From a virus (Duplodnaviria; Caudoviricetes), in IMG/VR virus record IMGVR_UViG_3300044656_000252, positions 12,232 through 76,231 of that record: a stretch of 64,000 bases of DNA, one strand, 5' to 3'. This document shows, one piece after another, positions 8,622 to 18,800 of the stretch. The stretch's first letter is position 1. Every line of letters starts with the position of its first letter. The translations under genes were made by a program, and so were the position numbers. Below the pieces are notes generated by a model. The model was not told the origin of the DNA. It was given only the letters and a program-made list of their open reading frames with translations, and searched no databases.

Positions 8622-9680
8622 GTGTCTGCATCCCAGTTCGACCTCGACCTGTTCGACGAGTCCGTTCCGGCGCACGACGTCGGCGACATCCTCGGCTACC
8701 GCCGCAACGGCGAGCCGATCCGCGCCCTCGGTGGCAGCGCCCGCAACAACTTCGACGCCTGGGTCTGGGAGGAGTTCGGCTCCGACGTCATCCAGAAGGT
8801 CAAGCAGGTCTCGGCGATCGAGTCCTACGGCCAGCGGGTCCCGATGAAGACCGCCACGCGCTCGACCCCGCGGTCTGGCGGTGTCGGCATCGACATCGTG
8901 GCCAAGGGCGGGACGTACGGCGAGGACCAGTCGACCAACGACCAGGTCATCCTGAGCGTCCAGAAGTTCGGCAAGGCCGTGCGGATCGCCGAGGAGGACA
9001 TCGACGACAGCCTGGCGGACGTGGTCAACACCAAGCTGTCCGACTGGGCCACGGCTTACGCCAAGGGCCTCGACAACGCCTGCTTGGGCGTCACCGCGGC
9101 GAAGGCGACCTCTGGCTGCGCGTTCGACTCGCTGTACTACACGCTCACCCAGACCGACTCGGCGACCGGCTACCAGGCCAACACGAACCTGACCAAGACC
9201 GGTTCGGGTGGCACCACCTACGACCTGCTGTCCACCACGGTCGGCCTGGTCGAGACCGGCGACTACTGGGACGAGGAGCAGGCCCTCGTGCTCGCGCACC
9301 CGACGTTCAAGAGGAAGTTGCGCGGCATCAAGGACCTCAACGGCCGGCCGATCTTCCAGGAGTCCAGCGGCGGCTTCCCCGGTGGCGGCCAGGCGTCCAC
9401 CCCGGACATGCTGTTCGGCTACCCGGTCAAGTGGACGCTGGGTGCCCGCACCTCGGCAGCGCCGACGGCGACGCCGACCGGCAACCCGCTGCTGGTCATC
9501 TGCTCGAAGGAGTTCCTGCTGCTCGGTGTCCGCAGTGGACCCGAGTCCGTCTTCATTGACGGGAGGAATGGATTGGCCGCCTTGACCGACGAGTCGATCC
9601 TCAAGATGCGTGCTCGGCGCGCGTTCGCCGTCGGCCACGAGAACGCCTTCTCCGTGCTGGAAGACAACTCCGGCAGCTGA
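8622..9680 (+). CDS. Major capsid protein (HK97 fold)
   Basis: Position; KFGKAVRIAEE, KLRGIKDLNGRPIF, LFGYPV motifs; GTG start after GGAAGG. Confidence 0.92.
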   Translation: MSASQFDLDLFDESVPAHDVGDILGYRRNGEPIRALGGSARNNFDAWVWEEFGSDVIQKVKQVSAIESYGQRVPMKTATRSTPRSGGVGIDIVAKGGTYGEDQSTNDQVILSVQKFGKAVRIAEEDIDDSLADVVNTKLSDWATAYAKGLDNACLGVTAAKATSGCAFDSLYYTLTQTDSATGYQANTNLTKTGSGGTTYDLLSTTVGLVETGDYWDEEQALVLAHPTFKRKLRGIKDLNGRPIFQESSGGFPGGGQASTPDMLFGYPVKWTLGARTSAAPTATPTGNPLLVICSKEFLLLGVRSGPESVFIDGRNGLAALTDESILKMRARRAFAVGHENAFSVLEDNSGS

Positions 9681-9693
9681 TCCAACCCAGTCC

Positions 9694-9727
9694 GGTGGGC
9701 GTGGCTGTGGCGGCTGCCACGCCCACC
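9694..9727 (+). terminator. Hairpin after capsid gene
   Basis: GGTGGGCGTGGC...GCCACGCCCACC 12-bp stem. Confidence 0.6.
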
Positions 9728-9752
9728 ATCTGTCGCACGCAGGGAGAACGCC

Positions 9753-10244
9753 GTGGACGACGACACCCTCGCTGAGGACGTGTTCGACGACGAATCACCG
9801 GCCTACGAGCACAGCGACGAGGTGGACGAGTCGGGCCCGGAGGAACCGCAGTTGCCGGTCTCCGACGTGACAGAGCAGTTCCCCGCAGTCGACGGCACCG
9901 AAGAGGGCCTGCACACCGAAGTCGCGCAGCGCGCGGTCGACGGTGCCGACGAGGACATGTGGCACAAGGTGTTCCGCGTCGGCCGGATCGGTGTCACGGA
10001 GGACGACCCGATCCACCGACAGAACGCCGTCGCCGTCGTGCAGGAAGCGGTGCAGCGCGGCCTCCACCCGCGGGGCGACGTGTACCTCGTCGCCATCGAG
10101 GAGACCGACGAGCCGCTCAACGCCTCGGGTTCCCGCCGGATGCGGCACACCGACCTGCGGTACGCGGTGCAGGTCGTGCCGGCCTCCATCGACACCGAGC
10201 CGGGCGAAACCACCACGGCGCAGGACATCCACGCCGCCGAGTAG
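9753..10244 (+). CDS. Hypothetical head-region protein with acidic N-terminus
   Basis: GGGAGA RBS; position after capsid. Confidence 0.7.
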   Translation: MDDDTLAEDVFDDESPAYEHSDEVDESGPEEPQLPVSDVTEQFPAVDGTEEGLHTEVAQRAVDGADEDMWHKVFRVGRIGVTEDDPIHRQNAVAVVQEAVQRGLHPRGDVYLVAIEETDEPLNASGSRRMRHTDLRYAVQVVPASIDTEPGETTTAQDIHAAE

Positions 10245-10281
10245 CGGCAGCACGACCTGCGAGTCGGAGGGGAGGGACAGT

Positions 10282-11556
10282 ATGGCAGCGACCGGGTACG
10301 TCGGCGGAGACCCGACCAAGGTCTCGAAGGCCGGGGACACGATGACCGGCGCGCTCGTGCTGCCCGGCGACCCCACCGCTGCGTTGCAGGCCGCCGACAA
10401 GAACTACGTCGACAGCGTCACCTCGGCCGGCGTGGCCGACGCGACGACCACCACCAAGGGCAAGGTGCAGCTGGCCGGCGACCTGAGCGGCACGGCGGCT
10501 GCGCCGACCGTCCCTGCGCTCACCAGCAAGGTCGGTACCTCCCGCCAGATCCTCACCGGCGCCGGTCTGTCCGGCGGCGGGGACCTCACCGCCGACCGCA
10601 CCCTCTCGGCGACTGACGCCACCACGCTGGCCAAGGGCATCGTGCAGCTCGCCGGGGACCTCGGAGGCACTGCGGCGTCCCCGACTGTGCCTGGCCTCGC
10701 CAGCAAGGCGCCCACGACCCGGCTAATCACCGCCGGCACTGGCCTGTCCGGCGGCGGTGACCTGAGCGTGGACCGGACTCTGGCGGTCGTCTACGGCACC
10801 GCGAGCGGGACTGCGGCGCAGGGCAACGACAGCAGGATCACCGGCGCCGTGCAGGCATCGACGGCCACGACGAAGGGTGATCTGCTCGTCGCCACGGCGG
10901 CGGCCGCCATCGGCCGGCTCGGCGTCGGCTCGGACGGCCAGGTGCTCACCGCCGACTCCACGCAGACCACTGGGGTCAAGTGGGCTATGGCGTCCGGCGG
11001 CGGCTCGGTCGGGATGGACGAGGTGTTCCCGCTGTCCGCCTACGGACTGCTCGCGGCATCTGGCGACCCGAACGAGTTCCAGAACCAGTCCGGGGTGAGT
11101 GCCAACACGGTGTTCATGGCGCGCGTCTGGATCCCGGCCAACACCGCGATCTCCAAGCTGTGCGCCGCCGTCCGGACCGGCGGCACCTACGCGTCGAGCG
11201 CCACGCCAAACCAGCTCGCCATCTACGACGACACCGGCGTCCAGAAGGGCATCACCACCGACGACAGCACCCTGTGGACCACCGCCGGGTGGGCCGCCCG
11301 CACGATCACCACCATCGCCGCGCAGGGCACCGGCCGGTGGATGTACATCGGGTACATCGTCGGTGGCTTCACGGGCGTCTCGATGCCGTTCCCCATGGGA
11401 GCCAACGACAACAACGCGCCGTGGCTCGGTCAGACGATCAACAACTCGGGCAATCGCAGGGCGTTCTACCTGACCGCGACCTCCCTGCCCGCCTCGTTCA
11501 ACCCGACCAGCGCCGGCACGAACACTGGCTACGTCCCGCTGGTGGGTGCGGCATGA
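10282..11556 (+). CDS. Fibre-like protein with tandem repeats (possible head fibre)
   Basis: Two ~60-aa repeats DATT..KG.VQLAGDL.GTAA.PTVP...GLSGGGDL..DRTL; beta-rich C-terminal domain. Confidence 0.7.
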   Translation: MAATGYVGGDPTKVSKAGDTMTGALVLPGDPTAALQAADKNYVDSVTSAGVADATTTTKGKVQLAGDLSGTAAAPTVPALTSKVGTSRQILTGAGLSGGGDLTADRTLSATDATTLAKGIVQLAGDLGGTAASPTVPGLASKAPTTRLITAGTGLSGGGDLSVDRTLAVVYGTASGTAAQGNDSRITGAVQASTATTKGDLLVATAAAAIGRLGVGSDGQVLTADSTQTTGVKWAMASGGGSVGMDEVFPLSAYGLLAASGDPNEFQNQSGVSANTVFMARVWIPANTAISKLCAAVRTGGTYASSATPNQLAIYDDTGVQKGITTDDSTLWTTAGWAARTITTIAAQGTGRWMYIGYIVGGFTGVSMPFPMGANDNNAPWLGQTINNSGNRRAFYLTATSLPASFNPTSAGTNTGYVPLVGAA

Positions 11557-12308
11557 CCCAGGTAGCGCAGGGCCAGTCGATCACCCTCACCGCACAGTGG
11601 TACGCCTACGCCGGCGGCCCGGCCGTGGACGTGTCCGGGCTGACGATCGGCATCACCGCGCCGGACAGCACGGTCGACGTGGCCACCACCTCGATCGGCA
11701 TCGTGCACGTCACCACCGGCGTCTACCAGTACACGTGGGCGGTTCCGGCCTCCGCGGTGCTCGGCGACCACGTCGCGGTGTGGAACGCCACCTACAACAG
11801 CAACCCTGTCACGGCGTCGGAGGTCGTGACAGTGCTGGCCGCGAGCACCGGAACGTGGGCGCAGATCGGCGACGTCCTCGCACTTACCGGCATCACGGTC
11901 ACGCCGCAGGCGCTGGCGGAGGCCAACGCGATCATCGAGATGTTCGCGCGCCGCACCTATGCCCTGGCCCACGCCAACACCGGGTCGCGGGACGCCGAGT
12001 GGATGAAGCGGGCGGTCGCGTACGAGGCCGTGTGGCTCGCCGGGCAGCCGGACCTGTTCACACGGCTCGACGTCACCATGATCTCCGAGGGCCGGAAGTC
12101 CATCGGCCTCAAGGAAGAGACGCTGCTCATCGCGCCCCTCGCGCGGAAGGCACTGTCCCGCGTGTCGTGGCTGCGGACCCGCTCGGTGCACATCCGGTCG
12201 CCGTTCCAGGACGGCATGACCCCGATCTCGCCCGACCCCGATTCGGCAGGCAACGACTTCTACGAGGTGTGGTCGCCCGCGGGCTACGGATCGTGGGGGA
12301 GTGGCTGA
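11553..12308 (+). CDS. Head-tail adaptor with Ig-like N-terminal domain
   Basis: Position; beta-rich N-terminal ~95 aa (TTGVYQYTW) then helical connector-like part. Confidence 0.65.
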   Translation: MTQVAQGQSITLTAQWYAYAGGPAVDVSGLTIGITAPDSTVDVATTSIGIVHVTTGVYQYTWAVPASAVLGDHVAVWNATYNSNPVTASEVVTVLAASTGTWAQIGDVLALTGITVTPQALAEANAIIEMFARRTYALAHANTGSRDAEWMKRAVAYEAVWLAGQPDLFTRLDVTMISEGRKSIGLKEETLLIAPLARKALSRVSWLRTRSVHIRSPFQDGMTPISPDPDSAGNDFYEVWSPAGYGSWGSG

Positions 12309-12646
12309 TGTACGCCCTCGCCTCGTGCACCGCGAGCATCCTCCGCGGCACCACCACCGACCAGTTCGGCGACACCGTCGACACCGGCACGGTCATCGCC
12401 ACCGGCGTGCCGTTCCTCATCGAGGACGTCAACCAGCGCGTGTTCGACCCGGCCACGCAACAGCCGCGGATCGTCCGCGCGATCGAAGCCGTGTGCCAGT
12501 CCAACGTGGACGTCAAGCCCGGAGACCAGGTGCGGGACGACACCAACAACGTGCTCTACCTGGTCAACGACGTGACCCAGAAGTACGGCGCCGCCTGGAC
12601 ACCGGACCTCGACGTCGACCTGACCCGGATCACGCCAACCCAGTAG
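12308..12646 (+). CDS. Head closure (stopper) protein
   Basis: Position; D.FGD...DVKPGDQVRD pattern. Confidence 0.7.
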   Translation: MYALASCTASILRGTTTDQFGDTVDTGTVIATGVPFLIEDVNQRVFDPATQQPRIVRAIEAVCQSNVDVKPGDQVRDDTNNVLYLVNDVTQKYGAAWTPDLDVDLTRITPTQ

Positions 12647-12716
12647 ATGGGCGCGTGCTCCGCACAACCGCATACGAGAGACCGACCGCTGTAGAGGCGT
12701 TGGGAGGTGAGGGAAC

Positions 12717-13049
12717 GTGGCCGAGTTCCGCGTAGCGCAGGGCTGGCACGAGCACGTGGCCGAGGCCAGCACGAAGCTGCTCGACGAGAAGATCGGGCCG
12801 CAGATCCTCTCGGACATGCAGGCCGGTTGCCCTGTCGACACGGGCCGGCTGGTCGCCTCCCTGGACTACGGCCTGACCGACGACAGCACAGTGCGGATCG
12901 GGTCGAAGGACGTCGACTACTCGGTGTACGTCAACGAGGGCCACCGGATCGTCTACCGCAACCGCCAGGGCAAGAAGGTTGACACCGGCCGCGTCCAGCC
13001 GCCGCAGGACTTCATGCGCCCGGCGCTCTACCGCGAGCGGGGTGAGTGA
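12717..13049 (+). CDS. HK97 gp10-like neck protein
   Basis: CPVDTGRL.ASL, YSVYVNEG, QDFMRPAL motifs. Confidence 0.85.
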   Translation: MAEFRVAQGWHEHVAEASTKLLDEKIGPQILSDMQAGCPVDTGRLVASLDYGLTDDSTVRIGSKDVDYSVYVNEGHRIVYRNRQGKKVDTGRVQPPQDFMRPALYRERGE

Positions 13050-13513
13050 TGCGCCGCGCATGGGTTGCCCTTGTCCGCGAGTACTTCGCGATGACCGACC
13101 ACTGGCGTCACCACCCGGTGGTGCCGTCGCACGACCAGCTGAGCCTCGGCGAGCGGGCCGCGGACCGGATGCGCAACGGCATGGGCTCATGGGGCTTCGT
13201 GTTCGCGGCCATCGCGTTCCTCGCTGTGTGGATGCTGTTCAACCGCGACAGCGGCTTCGACCCGTACCCGTTCATCCTCCTCAACCTCGTGCTGTCCTGC
13301 GTGGCCGCGCTCCAGGGCGCGATCCTGCTGATCGCGGCCAAGCGCAGTGACCAGGTGTCGGCCATAGCGGCGGCGTCGGACTACCAGGTCAACCGGGACA
13401 CCAAGCAGCTCGTGGTGCAGCAGGGCCAGATCATCGCCGAGATGCGCGCCGACCACGCGGCACTCCTGGCCGAGGTGAAGGCGCTCCGTGCGCAGGTCGG
13501 CGGTGCGTCGTGA
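13049..13513 (+). CDS. DUF1003-family membrane protein
   Basis: GERAAD....MGSWGF and FDPYPFILLNLVLSCVAALQ. Confidence 0.85.
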   Translation: MRRAWVALVREYFAMTDHWRHHPVVPSHDQLSLGERAADRMRNGMGSWGFVFAAIAFLAVWMLFNRDSGFDPYPFILLNLVLSCVAALQGAILLIAAKRSDQVSAIAAASDYQVNRDTKQLVVQQGQIIAEMRADHAALLAEVKALRAQVGGAS

Positions 13514-13980
13514 CGTCCCCGGTGCTGCGCGCGAACACGGACCTGGTGGCGGTCGCCTGGCTCGGCGGCGTGACCGGGCTGACGCCGGCCATGGTCGCCA
13601 GCCAGCTGCCGTCCGACAACAGCACGTGGGCGGCCAGCGGCTTCGTGACGGTCCGCACCTCGGGCGGCCGGCCGGTGCTGGACAACGCTCTGCGGCAGCC
13701 GGTGGTCACCGTGGACACCTGGGCGTGCAAGCCCCAGTCCACCAAGCCGCCGTGGAACAAGGCGAACTACCTCGCCGAGTGCATCGTCCGCGCCTGCTAC
13801 CCGCGCACCGACGCGGAACTCCGCAACGTGCCGCGGCTCCTCACGCTGCCAGCCGGCTACCCGAACGCCCGCGTGCTGTCCGCGTACGTGGTGACCGAGC
13901 CGCGCCGGTCCTACGGCGACATCGGCCTCTACGCCAGCTTCACCTTCGACCTCGCGCTGAATTGGGTGGACCAGTCATGA
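13510..13980 (+). CDS. Tail terminator protein
   Basis: Position; VTVDTWA and C-terminal FTFDLAL pattern. Confidence 0.7.
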   Translation: MTSPVLRANTDLVAVAWLGGVTGLTPAMVASQLPSDNSTWAASGFVTVRTSGGRPVLDNALRQPVVTVDTWACKPQSTKPPWNKANYLAECIVRACYPRTDAELRNVPRLLTLPAGYPNARVLSAYVVTEPRRSYGDIGLYASFTFDLALNWVDQS

Positions 13981-14225
13981 CGACCGACCGCTTCGCCCTC
14001 TACGGCGAGAACTCCCGGCAGATGCTCACCTACAACGGGCTGATCATCACGCACCACAACCGGCGGCAGATGGAGTTCATGCACCCCGGCACGCGGGTCG
14101 TGGAGGTGCCGGCCGACATCCCCGAGTCGCAGTGCATCCCGCTGGCGATGCACCCCGACTACGCCACGGTCCAGTTCGACCTGGACGGCGACCTGAACCG
14201 GCACCAGTTCCGAGACGCGAGCTGA
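13977..14225 (+). CDS. Hypothetical protein (82 aa)
   Basis: ATGA overlap; C-terminal part of ORF 13488..14225. Confidence 0.65.
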   Translation: MTTDRFALYGENSRQMLTYNGLIITHHNRRQMEFMHPGTRVVEVPADIPESQCIPLAMHPDYATVQFDLDGDLNRHQFRDAS

Positions 14226-14234
14226 GGAGGAGCG

Positions 14235-14525
14235 ATGGCAACGGGTAAGGGCGGCGGCAAGTCGCGGGCGTCGAAGCTGCCGGCGAAGGTCAACGCCCGA
14301 CGCAACACCAAGACCGGGCGCAAGGCGATGTCCGCCAGCAACTTCGGCGTACCGGACAAGCGGAAGTACCGCATCGACGACGCGCCGCACGCCAGGGACG
14401 CCCTCGGCCGGGTCAGCAAGAACGGCACCCCGGCGGAGAAGGCCCAGGTGCGGCAGCGGGTCGCGAAGAAGTACCCGTCGATCAACGTGACCGGCCTCCC
14501 CAAGAAGTCCGGCAAGGGAAAGTAG
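14235..14525 (+). CDS. Small very basic protein, DUF6582-like
   Basis: FGVPDKRKYRIDDAPHARDALGRV; Lys/Arg rich; GAGGAG RBS. Confidence 0.65.
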   Translation: MATGKGGGKSRASKLPAKVNARRNTKTGRKAMSASNFGVPDKRKYRIDDAPHARDALGRVSKNGTPAEKAQVRQRVAKKYPSINVTGLPKKSGKGK

Positions 14526-14535
14526 GAGCAACACC

Positions 14536-15099
14536 ATGTCCGTGACCGCGAGCAACTTGACCATGGGGCCGGGCACCCTCTACACGGGCCTGTTCGGCGC
14601 GACCGAGCCCCTCGACTCCGCCGTCAACTCGGCGCCGGCCGCGTCGGCGTGGACGGACGTGGGCGGCACCGACGGTGGCGTGAAGGTGTCCGTCGACCAG
14701 AAGTTCGCGATGCTCCAGTGCGACCAGCTCGTTGACGTCGTCGGGCGCCGGCTCACGAGCCGCGAGATCACCCTGGAGACCAACCTCGCCGAGCCCACCC
14801 TGGTCAACCTGCAGCAGGCGATCAACGGTGGTACCTCGGCGACCGGGGCGAACTACTCCTCGCTGGAGCCACTGAACGTCACCAGCGCGACGCAGCCGAA
14901 CTACTTCGCGGCGATCATGGACGGTTACGCGCCCGGCAATGCGTTCCGGCGCAGGGTGATCGCCCGCCGGGTGCTGAACGTCAGCAAGGTCGAGTCCCAG
15001 TACAGCAAGGACAAGCAGACGTTCATCCCTGTCCAGTTCGGCGCGCACTACGTGTCCCCGTCGATCGCGATCGTGCACGTCGTCGACCAGACCGCCTGA
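14536..15099 (+). CDS. Major tail protein
   Basis: GPGTLY...WTDVGGTDGGV...TNLAEPTLVNL; precedes chaperones and tape measure. Confidence 0.88.
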   Translation: MSVTASNLTMGPGTLYTGLFGATEPLDSAVNSAPAASAWTDVGGTDGGVKVSVDQKFAMLQCDQLVDVVGRRLTSREITLETNLAEPTLVNLQQAINGGTSATGANYSSLEPLNVTSATQPNYFAAIMDGYAPGNAFRRRVIARRVLNVSKVESQYSKDKQTFIPVQFGAHYVSPSIAIVHVVDQTA

Positions 15100-15102
15100 T
15101 CC

Positions 15103-15135
15103 TGCGCGGCCGGGAACCGAGCGCCCGGCCGCGCA
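15103..15135 (+). terminator. Hairpin after major tail gene
   Basis: TGCGCGGCCGGG...CCCGGCCGCGCA 12-bp stem. Confidence 0.6.
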
Positions 15136-15161
15136 ACCCCCGCCACAGCAAGGAGCCCGCC

Positions 15162-15554
15162 ATGGCCAGCAACGCCCGCACCGTCAAGCGCAAGACCCCA
15201 GTGCGCGTCGTCGACAACGGCGACTTCGAGCCGCTGCACCTCACCACCAAGCGGCCGGAGGACCGGGCGCCGGAGGAGCGTGCCGTCCTGTTCACCCTGG
15301 ATGGCCGCGAGTTCACCATCCCCCGACGGTTCCCGCCCAATCTGGGCCTGCGGGTGATCCGCACCATGCGTCGGCAGGGCCTCGACGTCGCCTCCGCCGA
15401 GCTGCTCGAGGAGGTCATCGGCGAGGAAGCGTACGACGCGCTCGTCAACTACCCCGATCTCGAACCCGAGCATCTGGAGCAGCTCATGCAGATCGTGGTC
15501 AAGCAGGCCATGGGCGCGCTAGACGTCCCAAAAGGACGCTCGGCGAGCGCCTAG
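15162..15554 (+). CDS. Tail assembly chaperone (G-like)
   Basis: Position; in-frame slippery heptamer C CCA AAA at 15527-15533. Confidence 0.85.
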   Translation: MASNARTVKRKTPVRVVDNGDFEPLHLTTKRPEDRAPEERAVLFTLDGREFTIPRRFPPNLGLRVIRTMRRQGLDVASAELLEEVIGEEAYDALVNYPDLEPEHLEQLMQIVVKQAMGALDVPKGRSASA

Positions 15555-15841
15555 AAGAGATCGCCTGGATACCGGACTACCTCGATGACCTCGACGCCGA
15601 CTTCCTTGCCTGCTACGGCATCGACCTGGACGCCGCCGACATCGACGGGCCGCGGTTCTTCAACCTGGCCCGCAGGGTGTTCGCCTACGACGGGGTCATG
15701 GCCGCCCGGTACCGGCATCTACAGGACGAGGAAGAGACCTACCAGCCACCAACGCGCGAGCCACAGCAGCAGCGAGCGGGCGGCGCGGACGTGATCCCGC
15801 TCGACCAGTTCAAGGCCCAGTTCCCCGGAATCGTCGACTGA
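15527..15841 (+). CDS. -1 frameshift extension of the tail chaperone (GT-like)
   Basis: The -1 frame stays open from CCCAAAA (RTLGERLEEIAWIPDYLDDLDADFL...FPGIVD) to TGA at 15839-15841; missing from the ORF track. Confidence 0.8.
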   Translation, partial: PKRTLGERLEEIAWIPDYLDDLDADFLACYGIDLDAADIDGPRFFNLARRVFAYDGVMAARYRHLQDEEETYQPPTREPQQQRAGGADVIPLDQFKAQFPGIVD

Positions 15842-15860
15842 CGGAGGGAGGTGACAGCGA

Positions 15861-18800
15861 ATGGCCGGTGACGGCTTCAAGATCGCCGAGGCGTACGTCG
15901 AGGTCAAACTGAAGGACTCGACGGAGGACGACCTGGCCAAGATCGAGGCGAAGGTGCGCGGCGAGGCACCCGCCGAGATGAAGGTCGACGCCGACGTCGC
16001 ACCGGCCGAGGCGAAGGCCGACGAGGTGCGCACACGCATCGACGGGAAGCGCGCCACGGCGACGATCGACGCGAACATCGCTGCCGCCACCGCGCAGATC
16101 GATCAGGTCAAGGCACGGCTGGACGACCTGAAGGCCCGCAAGACCGACCCGAAGATCGACGTCGAGATCGCCGCCGCGGAGCTCAAGGCTCAGCAGATCA
16201 CGTCGAAGCTGGAGGAGCTGAACGAGGAGCGGCCGTCGCCGAAGGTGGACGCGGACATCGCGGCCGCGAACATCAACCTGGAACGCGTCCAGCTGAAGAT
16301 CCAGGAGCTCGACGCCAAGCGGGCCTCACCGAAGGTGGACGCCGACATCGCGGCCGCCGAGGCGAAGCTGGATCAGCTCAACGCGCGCGTCGACACCTTG
16401 AAGGCCAAGCGGGTCGCCATCCAGGGCGACGGCTCCGGCTTGGACGACGTCAAGACGAAGGCCGAGCAGGCATCGTCGTCGGTGGACAAGGCGGGCTTCT
16501 CGGCATCCAGCCTGTCCGGGCCGCTCGCGGGGATCGGCGGGTTCGCGGCGATGGGACTCGGCGCCATCCCGGCGCTCGCGGCTGTTGCGGCTGCGGCCAT
16601 CGCCGCGATCGGACCAGCCGCAGCCGGGGCTGGCGCGGCGCTCGCTGGGATCGGGTTCGCGTTCCACGGTGTATCGGAGGCGTTGAAGGGCTACTCGGCG
16701 GACCAGAAGGCCGCGGCATCGGCGTCGAACTCTGCGGCCTCAACCCAGCTCAGCAACGCGATCGCGATCCGCAACGCGCAGCAGGCGATCGCGGACGCCC
16801 AGAAGCAACAGGCCCGCGTGTACGAGGATGCCGCGCTGTCCATCGCACAGGCCGAGCAGCGGGTCACGGATGCGCAGCGGCAGGACCAGATCGCGACGCA
16901 GAACCTCACCGACGCGCGGAAGGCCGCCGAGCAGCAGATCGAGTCGCTCAACCAGCAGGTGAGCGACATGGCGGTGAACGAGGAGGGCGCGAGCCTCGCG
17001 GTCGAGCAGGCCCAGCAGCGGTTGAAGCAGGTCCTGGCCAACCCCCTGTCCACGGACCTGGAGAAGCGCCAGGCGGAGTACGACGTCAAGAACGCCCAGC
17101 AGCAGCTCGACGACCTGAAGCAGCGCGACGAGCAGGTCCGACAGCAGGCCGCCGACGCCAACGCCAAGGGCGTCGAGGGCGACAAGCAGGTCGTTGACGC
17201 GAAGAACTCCCTGATCTCCGCGAACGAGGGCGTGCAGAACGCGCAGGAAGCTCTGACCAAGGCTCAGGTCGACGCCTCCCGGCAGGAAGCTGACGCTGCG
17301 GAGGCAGTGGCCAAGGCGCAGCAGCAGTTGGCGGACACCGAAGCGCAGCAGGCGGCGCAGGCCGCCCAGTCCGCCGGCGCCGCCAGCCAGTTCGCGGCGG
17401 CTATGGCGAAGCTGACCCCGGCCGGCCGAGACTTCGTCAACCAGCTGCTGTCGATGAAACCGTTGGTGGACGGGCTGAAGGCCACCTCGGAGAACAGCTT
17501 CCTGCCGGGCATGACCACCATGCTCAAGGACTCCGTGGGCTTGTTCCCCATCTTCAACGCTGGCATCGCGTCCATGGGGCACGTGTTCTCGGACGCTGCG
17601 GTGCAGGCGGGGAACCTGTTCAAGACGCCGCTGTTCCAGGGCCAGTTGCAGGCGCTGTTCGCCAACGCCGTCCCGCTGTTTCAGGGGCTGCTCGGCGGCT
17701 TGGGCCAGGTGTTCACCGGGCTCGTGCAGCTCGGCTCGGTCGCCGGGCCGGTGACGTCCGGCCTGGGTGCCGGGCTGAACGCGATCGGTGGCGGCCTCAA
17801 CCAGATGATGGCCGCGCTGGCGCCGGCGATGGCCCCGCTGGGGTCGATGTTGCAGTCGCTGGGGCAGGCCATCGGCAGTCTCGGCGCGCCGCTCGGCCAG
17901 CTGGTGACGCTGATCGCGCAGGCGTTCGCGCCGGTGTTCGCCGCGCTGGTTCCGGTGATCTCCGACCTGGCCAACATGATCGTCGCCCTGCTGAAGCCGG
18001 TTCTGGCCGCGCTCGGCCCGGTGCTGACCGTGGTGGCCCAGCAGCTCGACTCCGTGCTCAAGGCGCTCGCCCCGGCGATGCCGGCGTTCGGTCAGCTGGT
18101 CGGCGCGATCCTGCAGCTGATCCCACCCATCACCGACTTCGTCGCGAAGCTACTGGTTGGGTTGCTGCCGATCCTGCCGCCGATCATCAACGTGGTGACC
18201 CAGCTGGCGCACGTCGTCGGCCAGGCACTATCGACCGCGTTCAGCGCGGTGTGGACGGCGATCTCGCCGCTGCTGCCGATCCTTGTCCAGCTGATCACTA
18301 CCGTCGCGAACGCGGTGTCCGGCGTGTTCCCCGCGCTGATGCCGATCCTGGACGCCTGGGGCCAGCTGATGCAGGGCGTGTTCCAGGCAGCGGCGCCGCT
18401 GTTCCCGGCGTTGATGCAGATCGTGCAGGCCGCGATCCCGCCGCTGCTGGACATCCTCCAGGCTCTGATGCCGATCCTGCGGCTCGTGGCTCAGCTGATC
18501 TCGGATCTGGTGCCAGTGATCCAGCCGCTGATACAGATCATCGTGGACATCCTGGTCCCGGTGATCAAGGCGCTGTTGCCCGTCGTGAAGGACGTGTTCG
18601 GGTCGATCGCCGACATCGTCAAGGACGTCATGCAGGTGATCAAGGGCGTGATCGAGGTCGTCACCGGCATCATCTCCGGCAACTGGGGCCAGGTGTGGCA
18701 GGGCATCAAGGACGTGTTCGGCGGCATCTGGAACGCGATCGTCGACATCGTCAAGGGCGCTGTGCGCGCGGTGTGGGACGCGATCTCCGGCATCTTTGAC

